DNA from: Rhizophagus irregularis
Lineage: Eukaryota
Assembly: GCF_026210795.1 (NCBI RefSeq)
Contig: NC_089430.1
Coordinates: 620,001-684,000 of the forward strand
DNA length: 64,000 nt
Reading direction: 5' to 3'
In this document: positions 1 to 11,574 of the stretch, piece by piece
How the letters are laid out: every line of letters starts with the position of its first letter
Position numbering within the stretch: the first letter of the stretch is position 1
Position numbers and translations under genes: made by a program
The notes under the pieces: generated by a model
Seen by the model: the letters and a program-made list of their open reading frames with translations, nothing else
Told to the model about the DNA's origin: nothing
Database searches by the model: none

Positions 1-661
1 TAAATATATGTGTTTAGCATATATGTACGCCGAGATATTAACGATTTTGTTAATTGAATAAAACTCTGACACAAAAATTTTTAAAATTATAATTCTTACC
101 AAAAGATGATCTTTACAGGTATTATTGGGCTCTTTTTACTTTACTTAACAAGTTTTTATTTGCCATTTCTGTTTTAAATTGAATAAATTAATAAAATCAA
201 TTTTAAAAAGTAATTAACAAGTAGAATAAAATTAGTATAGTAAAAAACAAAAAAAAACATCTCAAAAACTCTAAATCATAACTCACATTTTTATTTTGTA
301 TATATTTTTACTAAAAAAAAGAAGGAAATAAGGTTAAAAATAAATGAAAAAAGATTTTTCTTATTAATAAAAATTATTAATATTTATTTTCTTACTTACT
401 GATTAAAAAAAACCTGCTGTATATGCCTATAAACTTTTCTAAGTCACCTAACAAAAATCTGATTGAAAAGTGATTGAAAAGTGATTGAAAAAGAAAGTAG
501 TTGCCATTGTTATTTTTGAATAAACGTTAAAAAATTTTTTTTATTTTTTGATAGATTTAGATCATCTGATTATGTAACACATACAATTTAAGCTTGTGAA
601 ACATAATTCTTGTTAAAATGTGCAAATCTTTATGTTTGGCTAATTTCACGAATTGGCAGAT

Positions 662-1200
662 ATAAGCAGTATTAAGAAAAATTTGCAAGAATTTTCCTTG
701 ATACTGCTTAATTTTTAAATTAAAGCCTTAATACTAAATTAGTTAAATTAGAATTAAGCACAATAAGCAGTATTAAGAAAAATTCGCAAGAATTTTCCTT
801 GATACTGCTTAATTTTTAAATTAAAGCCTTAATACTAAATTAGTTAAATTAGAATTAAGCAGTATTAAGAAAAATTTGCAAGAATTTTCCTTGATACTGC
901 TTAATTTTTAAATTAAAACCTTAATACTAAATTAGTTAAATTAGAATTAAGCAGTATTAAGAAAAATTCGCAAGAATTTTCCTTAATTTTTAAATTAAAA
1001 CCTTAATACTAAATTAGTTAAATTAGAATTAAGTAGTATTAAGGAAAATTCATGAGAATTTTCCTTAATACTTGCTTAATTTTTAAATTATAATTTATAA
1101 AAATGATTTATAATTGAGTTTTGAATTTAGTATTATCAATCGGACTTTGAACTTAAAAATTAAACAGTATTAACAAAAATTCTTGTGAATTTTTTAATAA
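662..1200. repeat. Tandem array (~5 units, ~80-105 bp) of a hairpin-containing unit
   Basis: AAGCAGTATTAAGAAAAATT(T/C)GCAAGAATTTTCCTTGATACTGCTT recurs near 664, 766, 857 and 949, degenerate near 1031; each copy is an imperfect palindrome. Confidence 0.85.
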
Positions 1201-1292
1201 TTGTGATTTTACATCAGTGAGTTTTTGGGTAGTACATATTAGCAGATACTAGTATTGTTTGATGCTTTAAAGTGTAGAAAAACTTACTCTAT

Positions 1293-3420
1293 CACACGTC
1301 AAATAAATAAAAATTGGCTGATTTTAGCTATATTTGTCCAATTTGTGACTTTTTACAGCTGTATTACCAATTCTTAACCACATTTTTCAGTTTTTTCACT
1401 ATACAAAAAAATTGTATATTACATTATGAAATATATATTTTTATAAAAAATTATATTGTAATATTGAATTAAAATTTAAAAAATATTTTATTAAGCAATA
1501 TTAAATAAAAAACTAATCTTAAATAATTAAATTTTAAACAAAATACATTAAGAATATAAATTTACTTGTAATTTAATGTAATACGCACAATTATAAAAAA
1601 TTAATAACTACACAAATATTAACTGTGCCTTCATTAAAATAAATATTCAAGTAGATTCTAAGCTGCTGAACAATTTTTAATTAATAAAAGAAGTCGATTT
1701 ACTTTGGCTAAAGTGCTCAAAATACGCTCTGAAGTGACAAAACGGAAAAAAATAAAATTCGTAAATGAGTACCGTTGTGAAAATCGTGAATAACTCATCA
1801 AGTATTAACTGTACCTTCGTAAAAATTAATATCCAAGTAGTTTTTGACCTGCTGAACAACTATCAATTAATAAAAGAAGTCGATTTACTTTGACTAAAGT
1901 GCTCAAAATACGCTCTGAAGTGACAAAACGGAAAAAAATAAAATTCGTAAATGAGTACTGTTGTGAAAATCGTGAATAACTCATCAAGTATTAACTGTAC
2001 CTTCGTAAAAATTAATATCCAAGTAGATTTTGACATGCTAAACAACTTTCAATTAATAAAAGAAGTCGATTTACTTTGACTAAAGTGCTCAAAATACGCT
2101 CTGAAGTGACAAAACGGAAAAAAATAAAATTCGTAAATGAGTACTGTTGTGAAAATCGTGAATAACTCATCAAGTATTAACTGTACCTTCGTAAAAATTA
2201 ATATCCAAGTAGATTTTGACATGCTAAACAACTTTCAATTAATAAAAGAAGTCGATTTACTTTGACTAAAGTGCTCAAAATACGCTCTGAAGTGACAAAA
2301 CGGAAAAAAATAAAATTCGTAAATGAGTACCATTGTGAAAATCGTGAATAACTCATCAAGTATTAACTTTACCTTCGTGAAAATTAATATTCAAGTAGAT
2401 TTTGACATGCTAAACAACTTTCAATTAATAAAAGAAGTCGATTTACTTTGACTAAAGTGCTCAAAATACGCTCTGAAGTGACAAAACGGAAAAAAATAAA
2501 ATTCGTAAATGAGTACCATTGTGAAAATCGTGAATAACTCATCAAGTATTAACTGTACCTTCGTGAAAATTAATATTCAAGTAGATTTTGACATGCTAAA
2601 CAACTTTCAATTAATAAAAGAAGTCGATTTAAGTTGACTAAAGTGCTCAAAATACGCTCTGAAGTGACAAAATAAAAAAATAAAAGTCGTGAATGAGTAC
2701 TGTTGTGAAAATTGTAAATAACTCATCAAGTATTAACTGTACCTTCGTGAAAATTAATATTCAAGTAGATTTTAACCTGCCGAACAACTTACAATTAATA
2801 TAAGAAGTTGATTTACTTTGGCTAAAGATCTCAAAATACGCTCTGAAGGTAAAAAAATTTGTAACTTAATACTATTGTATAATATAAAAAATGTAAATAA
2901 TTCCAAAAATATTAACTGTACTTTTATGATCTTAACAGTTTTAAACTTACTAAACTACTTTTAATTAAAAGAATAAGATTTACTTCAGCCAAAATGCTCA
3001 AACCATACTTTGAAATATATGTAAAAAAATATAATATTTGTTTATATTTTAAATTATGAGTTATTTAATTTAAATGTATTTATATTTAAGAAAAAAATAT
3101 TTTAATTCTATTTTATAAAGTATTTAAAAAGTATTTTAGTAAAGTTTTTAAGGCAAAAAAATAATTATAACTGAAATAAAAAAAAAAATCTAAGTTAATA
3201 AATAAATATTAAACCGTAATACATAATCACATGTTATATCAGATATATTAAAATCGAAAAATCCTATTACAAATAACCAAAAATTGGCAATTTCATGTTA
3301 AAAATCAGAAATATTATAAAAATATTTATTAAAATCGGAAATATTATATTAAAATTGCCAAAAAATCAGACAGCCATATTAAAAAGGGCAAAAATCTGAT
3401 TTTTATTTATTTGACCTGTG
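1293..3420. mobile_element. Non-autonomous TIR element (CAC...GTG ends) carrying an internal 186-bp tandem array
   Basis: Left end CACACGTCAAATAAATAAAAAT; right end ATTTTTATTTATTTGACCTGTG (reverse complement, 1 mismatch). No clear TSD. Confidence 0.7.
1615..2850. repeat. 186-bp tandem repeat, ~6.5 copies
   Basis: Unit containing TTAATAAAAGAAGTCGATTTACTTTG...CAAGTAGATTTTGAC; the near-identical 60-aa ORFs at 1677, 1863 and 2049 are 186 bp apart. Confidence 0.95.
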
Positions 3421-4226
3421 TATATCTGTAGAAAATATGTTATAAACGTATGAATTTTAATATACTGTAGAATAATACGTATACCGTATCCTTTATTTAC
3501 AATATTTTTGTGAACCGTATACAAAATATTGATATACAGTAGAAATGATATACGTTATAGACGTATGAATTTAATATACCGTATCACACAGTATGTTTAC
3601 CGTATACTTTATTGTATTTTTTACTAAGCACATTTTGCGAACAGTATACATTATACTGATATGCCGTATGTAAAAATGCAAACTGTATCAAAAATACGTA
3701 TATACAGTATAAAAACTGTATACATATTTTTTATAGGGGAGTATTAAGGCATAATGTTTTGACTTATATCACCAATTTAACTCATAATTCTAATTTATTG
3801 AATTAGTTTATTATAGATTTATTGATATTTTTTTTTATCTGTTATATAATATTTAAACTAATGTACGATTGTGATAATACTACATTTTTGGAAGTAGGTC
3901 TTAACATTTCACCAGGAAATGCTTCGCATCCAGTAACAGTAGATTCCTGGATATTTTTTGAATTTAGCCAAACCTTTCCATTTCATCTGAAGCGAATTGG
4001 TCATTTATACTTTATCTGTAATTAAAATTGTTATTGTAATAAATAACCGGTAACTTAAATCTATTGAAATTAACTTTTAAATTAGATTACAAATTATTAA
4101 AATATTATAAAATTGAATTTAACGATATTTGATTGATTTGATATTTTTAAAGGTAAATTCAATATTTATAGATAATATCATTTTGATATTATTTTGATAC
4201 TGAATTAATATTAAAATAATATTATA

Positions 4227-4410
4227 CAGTCAAACCTTTATATAATGATATGTCGGGACATATATGAAATTTTTAGAAAATATCATTATATCAAAGTTAT
4301 ACCGATATTTATATGTCCTCACATATAGTGGGAAAATAAAATTTTATCGGTATATCAAGTTTTTAATAGTATATCGGTATATCGAATATCGGTATATCGA
4401 GGTTAGACTG
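4227..4410. mobile_element. Tc1/mariner (pogo-like) MITE
   Basis: TA|CAGTCAAACCTTTATATA ... TATATCGAGGTTAGACTG|TA: CAGT-initial TIRs with TA on both sides. Confidence 0.8.
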
Positions 4411-4439
4411 TATTGATATTGCATTTATTAAAAAAAAAA

Positions 4440-5200
4440 ATCATTATTGTTATAACAATATCAAAATGATATCGTTTCGTTATATCAAAACGATATCATA
4501 TTAATATCGTATTTACTTTCTATTTTTCATTATTGTTATAACAATATCGAAATGATATCAATTTGATGTTTCATCAATATCGTTATGATGTCGATTAGAT
4601 AATTATAAAGTGATATCTTTACGATATCATATTGATATTGAATTAATGTTGGAACGATATCATATTAATATCGTATTTACTTTCTATTTTTCATTATTGT
4701 TATAACAATATTGAAATGATATCAATTTGATGTTTCGTCAATATCGTTATGATGTCGATTAGATAATTATAAAGTGATATCTTTACGATATCATATTGAT
4801 ATTGAATTAATGTTGGAACGATATCATATTAATATCGTATTTACTTTCTATTTTTCATTATTGTTATAACAATATCGAAATATTGATATGATATCGATTT
4901 GATGTTTCATCAATATTATTATGATGTTGATTAGATAATTATAAAGTGATATCTTTACGATATCATATTGATATTGAATTAATGTTGGAACGATATCATA
5001 TTAATATCGTATTTACTTCCCATTTTTCAAAAAATTCATTGTTGTTATAACAATATCGAAATGATATCGATCTGATATTTTTCAAATAAATATCTTTACG
5101 ATATTATTTTGATATATTGAATTAATATTGAAATGATATCATTGCAATATCATAATGATATCATTTGCAAATCGATATTGCCACGATATTTATTTAACAT
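4440..5200. repeat. GATATC-rich tandem repeat, ~164-bp unit, ~4 copies
   Basis: ACGATATCATATTAATATCGTATTTACTT recurs near 4490, 4654, 4818 and 4990. Confidence 0.85.
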
Positions 5201-5485
5201 CATTATTATATCAATTTGGTATTGTTTAAAAATTCAAGGTTTTTGTAAAGTATTCTTTTCCTTCTGTATTAATTTTATATTTTTCTAATTTCCATTGATC
5301 GGTCATCAGTGAAATCAAACCTACGATCTTACTATAATCAGGAATCCCAGTGATCTACCAATTAAATAAAGGTGATCAACTCTCAATTAGATTTATTTGA
5401 TTTCATTAATTACTTCCTATCACGTGATCCATCTATTTATATTATATCATGTGACTTAATTATCACGTGACTTACTATTATTATT

Positions 5486-6716
5486 AACCTAGACCAGGGG
5501 GTTTAGGCTTCTTATCCTGGACCTGGGGGGTCCAGACCTCTTATCTTAGACCTTGTGGCACAGCTGATCATTATCAGCCTCATTTGTTTATTTACCACCA
5601 TTTTTTTTTTCACATGAAATAAACGCTATGCTCACTCTCTCTCTTACCTGCTCTTTCATTTGGTTTTTTTCTTTATATTATTTTTTTCTACACAAATTAT
5701 TTTTCTTTTTTTTTATAATAAATATTTTTTTATTACCATTATTTTCATAATAGTGTTTATTAGAACAATAAAAAATCTTTTTTATCAAAAATTTTAAATC
5801 TAATAAATACAAAGTGTTCTTTCTCTAATAATTACGCTTTAACACTTGCAATAGGTAAGTTTATTCTGGTTTCTTTGAGTTTTAGATTAAATTATTACGG
5901 TATGTATTGTTTGAAACTTTTTTCAACTAAAGTTTGTAATTTTACTAACATGTACGTGCTTTTTGTAGATTTTCATGGTATAATTTTAGCATTCTGATTA
6001 AATTAATTGGCTTTGGTTGGTATGTTGAAAATAAAATTGTTTGAATACTTGTATTTACAAAATTTCAATGGAAATTTGTGAAATATTTTCACTTTAATAA
6101 GTAATAATGGTATTTTTTTAATACAAGGTTATTTTGTAAGGAAAGAATAAATAATAATATAATAGATAATTCTTTACCTAGTTGTCAAATATTTGATAAA
6201 CACTTCTAATTTTTGGTTTAGTTTAATTTTTTGTCATAAAATATTCCAAGAAAAATGCTTATACTTCGTATCTCGTTGTGAAATATTGCTTTAATAAAAA
6301 AATTAATTTAAAAATCTTGAAAAATTTCTATAAATGTTACGCGCGTATTAGCGTATAAGTATTATAAAAAAATTTATGAAAATTTCTAAGATAAAAATGT
6401 TACACGCGTATTTATAATGTATATATTATAAAAAAAAATTTATGCTGATAAAAATATTACACGCATATTAATGTATATATTATAAAAAAATTTATGAAAA
6501 TTTTTCTAAGATGAATGTTATAGTTGTTACGCGTGTATACAGTAACATCGTGAAAAATTTTCTAAGATAAATGTTATGCAAAAATAAGTCTTTGTCCAAT
6601 GGATTTCAGTGGTTGATTAAACCAATCATATTTAAGGAGGGTCTAGGATAAGAAGCCTGAACCCCGGGGGTCTAGAATAAGAAACCTGAACCAGAGGTCT
6701 AGGATAAGGACGCTCT
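5486..6716. mobile_element. Degenerate non-autonomous TIR element with internally repetitive TIRs
   Basis: CCTAGACCAGGGGGTTTAGGCTTCTTATCCTGGACC near 5488 is the inverse of GGTCTAGGATAAGAAGCCTGAACCCCGGGGGTCTAG near 6640; the left end looks eroded. Confidence 0.6.
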
Positions 6717-6855
6717 TTTTTATTATGTTACTTTTATTATGTGACTTTTATCACGTGATCCCATCATAAATATTATATCTTATCACATGACTTATAATCA
6801 TATGCCATTTTCTACTTATCTATTTCATATGATCAAGTCCAATATTTACTATTAC

Positions 6856-7281
6856 TAGGGATGGGAACAGTTCGTTCAGTTCCATTTCGGTTCCCCATCG
6901 GTTCCATGTCAGTTCCCATTAAGAAAAATATAAGCTACATGTGTCAAATTAAAGATACAAGTCGAACATATATTGATTATAAATTAAAAAAATTTTGATT
7001 GGTTAACAATCAATAGTTGGTTCATGATCATCATAATTTTGACGTTGATCATATTTTGAACCAGTTTTTAGAACTGGTTCAGAACTGGTTTGGTTCAATT
7101 TTTAAAAGCTATTAAAAATTGATTTGACTTATAAATTTTCTTTTTTTTTATTTATTGTAAAAATATTAGTGTTTCTCTATTCCCAATAAGATTTTTGGCT
7201 CATATAAGTTTGAAACTCACGAGATTTTGATCAGTTCCAAAAACTGCTCAAAATTAAGTAATTGAACTGACCCCATTCCTA
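6856..7281. mobile_element. hAT-type MITE
   Basis: TAGGGATGGGAACAGTTC ... GAACTGACCCCATTCCTA with a perfect 8-bp TSD ACTATTAC (6848-6855, 7282-7289). Confidence 0.85.
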
Positions 7282-8422
7282 ACTATTACACCAGATGAAA
7301 AATATGACCAGACTTTTGGATTGAGGTAAGGGAGGGCTGAGGGAAAGCTTTTTTGATGTCATTTTCTTAATAAATTAGTAACTAATTTACTTTTTCTTTT
7401 TTATAGAGTTTCTGGACAAGAAATATTACCAGATGTTAGAGTTAAGGTAAAAGAATGTTAGGGAAAGGGTTTCATAATTTTTTTTAATAAATTTAACTAA
7501 TTTATTTTTTTTCTTTTTATCCACCTATTACAGCCTGATACATTGGCGCAAGTATACACAAATATTTAGATGTTTAGCTTAATGCATGTAGAGGGTTGCC
7601 AGATGAAAATTATGACCAATTTTTGGAATTAAGGTAAGAAAGGGCTGGGGGAAAAGGTTTTTTTGTTATTTTCTTTAAAAAACATTGCTAACATTTCTAC
7701 TTTTCTTTTTTATAGGGTTTCTGGATGAAAATATAGGTAGTAGGCATCCGTGCAGATAGAGTCAACCTTGATGCGCAAATGCAAAGCTAATGAAATCGAC
7801 AATGGATCTGGAATAGGGTTTTTTTTATTGCAATAGCGATTTAATATTTTGACATTGTTAAAATGATATGTCAAACATCTTTTATAAAGGCATTTATGCC
7901 TTTCATATATTGTATATTTAAAAAAATTATTTCTTTTATTAAATGATTCAAAGAGATATTTATTAATATAATCAAATGTAAAAAAAAATTATCAATTGTT
8001 CGTAATAAATCAAAAAAAATATACAGTATACAAATTCAAAATTGGCATCAAAAATATTATCTTCGGTATTAAAATCCTCTTAATTGTTTCCATCTTTTGT
8101 ATGAGTTTATTATGAATAAAATGATGATATTTAGATTGATTCCTGGCTATGCATCACATAAATAATGTAGATAGTTGTCATAATGAGTATCAGAACTGCA
8201 ATCTCATCACCGTTATCATCATATTTATTTTTTTGTTTAGGCTGTTCTAAATTAAAAATTAGTTTAACGTCCTTTTTGTCAGAAAAAATTAAGGGGGAAG
8301 GTATGATTTAAACAAACATATTAAATAAACATATATATTTATGTATAGAAAAAATTAATTTTTATTATTTATTCATTTCTTTTTCTCTTTGTCCTACATT
8401 AATTTTTCCTTTTGTTGGCCAA

Positions 8423-8703
8423 TTATGACCTTTTTCCCTTACAAACTTCACAAAAAGAATATATTTTTTGATAATTTTTTATCAAATTTTTATTTGGCTC
8501 CAACAATCCACCTTTTTCGCCACAATAGTAACATATAGTTTCTGTATTTAAACATTTACATGAATAGTATACTGCTTCTACAGGTGTTTTGCAGTTAATT
8601 TTTTGTCTAATATAAACAATATCAAATAATGGGTGGTTTTCATAAACAATGGGTGATCTGCAATGATAGACTATATATGCCTTCAATTAAAATTTTAAGC
8701 TGT
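8423..8703 (-). pseudogene. Cys-rich C-terminal part of the Zator-like transposase, split off by the LINE
   Basis: Continues ...CTYCNKPRCIFSRNVLKDNKKLQLKI from ~21307-21400 across the TSD; contains CYYCG and CEVC motifs; frameshifted. Confidence 0.7.
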
Positions 8704-9259
8704 TTATTTATTTATTTATTTATTTTATTACTAAAAGAGTGTTGAAATCCAGTCTATTACAAATAAAAGAAAAAAGAGTTCGAGAAGACTTAAAACTAAT
8801 ATATATGTATAGACCTTTGTTTGTCATCCTCTACGGGACCCCACTCTTCGATCTGTACTATTTGATAAAGTAGGACTATGCTAATAAATCAAATGGAAAC
8901 CATAATAAAAACCATCTGAGAGACTAGCAGCTATCTAAAAAAAGAAAAGTTAAGGGCGAGTAATATAGTCTAACTTTATCTACAGTATGTGACAAGCGAA
9001 GAGGTTATATAGTGTAATAAAACAAATTGTAATCAAAAGTAATAGAATCTATGAAATTAATTGATAAAGAATTGATCCATGGTAGATTATGACGGAAATT
9101 ACTGTTAGTTAAATAGATCCAAAATATAGAATCGTCAAGATTTCTAATAGAAGTCATGAATGGATTAATATATCCAACATTTGTTATATTATAATTAGTG
9201 TTGTCACCGAATGTCGAGTTATCATTGTTGGTTTGACGTCATTTCTTTCATTGTTTTGG

Positions 9260-10753
9260 TCATTTTAAAAACGAATTTTTAGTAATACCATTAATTTTCT
9301 TATGGTCTTTCCATTTAATATTACGAGCTTTCCATAGTTGTTCATAAATATTATGATGTAAATCAACTAAAAATGAAAGGAGTATATGTTTGATTAATTT
9401 TTTGTGAATTTTTGCGTCTTTGAACGGTAATAAGAGACAATCCGGGACTAGATTAATCAGGAGGCAATGTAATTCTGGTGCATCATAAATTGAATTGATA
9501 GGGGAATTGAAAGAAGTAAATATAGGAATATCAAAGTCGATATTGTTAATATTGATCTTTTCTTTATCCATGTTATTAATAATATATGATCGAAATTTTC
9601 TGTTCATGGTTTCTGAATATGGATTTCAAAATATCTATCGACTTTGGGCAAGTCCAAAAATGTTCATTAGATTCTGCAGCAGAGGAACATAAAAAACATG
9701 TGTCGTATCCATTAAGGATATCTGGATAATTCCGATTGAGAGCGTCCAACGTAGGTAAAGTATAATTTGAACATTTGATACGCCAACCAACATGTTTACT
9801 ATACGATTCACTTGTTACTTTTTGAAAGGGGTTATGATTGATCCATAATTGTGAAAACTCCCAGTTGATGATATGATTAATGGTGAATGATTTGAGTGCT
9901 TGCAAGGGTTTGAGTGAAATGTGACGTTCTAAGTTACGGAAGTTAATCAGTTTCTTTAATGTTTTCCTAATATTACGATCAATGATAGTATCATTGTTAA
10001 ACATGATATAACCTTTTTGTGCTTTGACGCCCTTTGGTGAAATTGAAATTATCCTATTGGAATCACATCCGTCTTTGGCCAATTTATCAGCTTTATCGTT
10101 ATATTCTACTCCTGAATGTGCCCTAACTTTCGTGAATTGTACCTGTAAATTCAATTCAATTATGATTTGTTGGACTGCCTGCCAGAGAATAATATTATTA
10201 ATCTTTTGCTTTCGTCTTGGTGTTAGCTTATAATTCAATAACGATGTGAAAGTATCGATTGTACATTGGCTATCTGTAAAAATATTAATTAAACTATTAG
10301 GTGGACAAACTATAAGACATGTTAATACTGCCATAATTTCAGCTCTAGTAGAACTGGGCCATTGTGTAGTTACACCAGAAAATTCTATATTTAAACTAGT
10401 ATCCGAAGTAAATATCCACCCAAAACCCATACGAGGATTATTATCATCTATTTTTAAAGAACCATCAGTATAAAATTCTAGATTTGTGAAAGAAGCTAAA
10501 TTATTAATTAAAATATAAAATTCATTAAAAATATCATTAGGTAATAATAAACCATTCACTAATCTATGATTAATGTTAGAAGGGATATATAAACGAGGGG
10601 TAATTGATTGTGAAGTAATAATTCTATTTCTAAATGAGGGGTCTGTTCTAATTTTGAAATCTTTAAAAGTGTCTGCGCGTAATTCACTGTCAGACTTATG
10701 TACAATAAAAATATTATTAAATCGATTATTATCTTTTTTATGTATATTAACGT
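9260..10753 (-). pseudogene. LINE ORF2 C-terminal half: RNase H and Cys/His finger, frameshifted
   Basis: FYTDGS...RAEIMAV...IFTDSQ...KVRAHSG...NDKADKLAK (RNase HI motifs); CFLC...ESNEHFWTC finger. Confidence 0.85.
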
Positions 10754-11301
10754 TGTTACCCCTAGTCACGTGTAGAGTTACAATTTACTACGCCAGAAGA
10801 TCATGTGGAAAATTAGGATCTACTGTGCCCAACTGTGCCAAGCCGACCTAGCCGCAGCCTATTTAGCCTATTATTTTTATTATATTTATTATATTAATTA
10901 TATTTAATATAATCGATATAATTATTTTATTTATTATATTTAATTTATTTATTATATTTATTATATTAGTTATATTTATTATATTAGTTATATTTCTTAT
11001 ATTTATTATATCTATTATATTTATTATATCTTTATATGTAGTAACTTTTATATAAATAACGTTGGTATTTTCCTTCGTTAAAAAGATAGTTCCTTCAGTT
11101 CGAATTAGTTTATCTTTAGTTCCATAATTCTTATTCTTGTAATTATAAAGTTCTATAATAAAGTATAACCTTTTACACTATAAACGAACTCCCTATTTTA
11201 AGCGTGTCTTGTTTGATTGGATTTCAGTCATAGTTAAACGTACTTAATCTCCCTGACTGCAAATCATAGTTAATCTATTCAACGTACCTAATCGGTTAAC
11301 A
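10754..11301 (+). repeat. 5' LTR
   Basis: TGTTACCCCTAG...CGGTTAACA; near-identical to 19746-20293 (2 differences seen by eye). Confidence 0.95.
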
Positions 11302-11303
11302 AG

Positions 11304-11320
11304 TGGTGATTCCTGCCAGG
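11304..11320 (+). promoter_or_regulatory. Primer-binding site
   Basis: TGGTGATTCCTGCCAGG begins 2 nt after the LTR; TGG pairs with tRNA CCA. The tRNA was not identified. Confidence 0.75.
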
Positions 11321-11349
11321 TAAAAGGCTATACTGTGAATTAACAATTG

Positions 11350-11552
11350 ATTTCTTTTCTCAGACGAACTTGAGAATACTTGCAGACGTACTTGCAGACG
11401 TGATTTCTTTTCTCAGACGAACTTGAGAATACTTGCAGACGAACTTGCAGATGTAATTCTTTTCTCAGACGAACTTGAGATATTTGCAGACGCACTTGCA
11501 AACGAAATTTACTTTCTCAGACGTACTTGAGATATTAGCAGACGTACTTGCA
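11350..11552 (+). repeat. ~53-bp tandem repeat (4 copies) in the gypsy 5' leader
   Basis: TTTCTCAGACG(A/T)ACTTGAGA...GCAGACG(T/A/C)ACTTGCA repeated four times. Confidence 0.85.
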
Positions 11553-11574
11553 ACAATTTGAATTTTGAAATTGA

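Noticed and set aside
1677..2231. Three near-identical 60-aa ORFs
   Set aside because: By-products of the 186-bp repeat, with non-ATG starts; later units lose the ORF.
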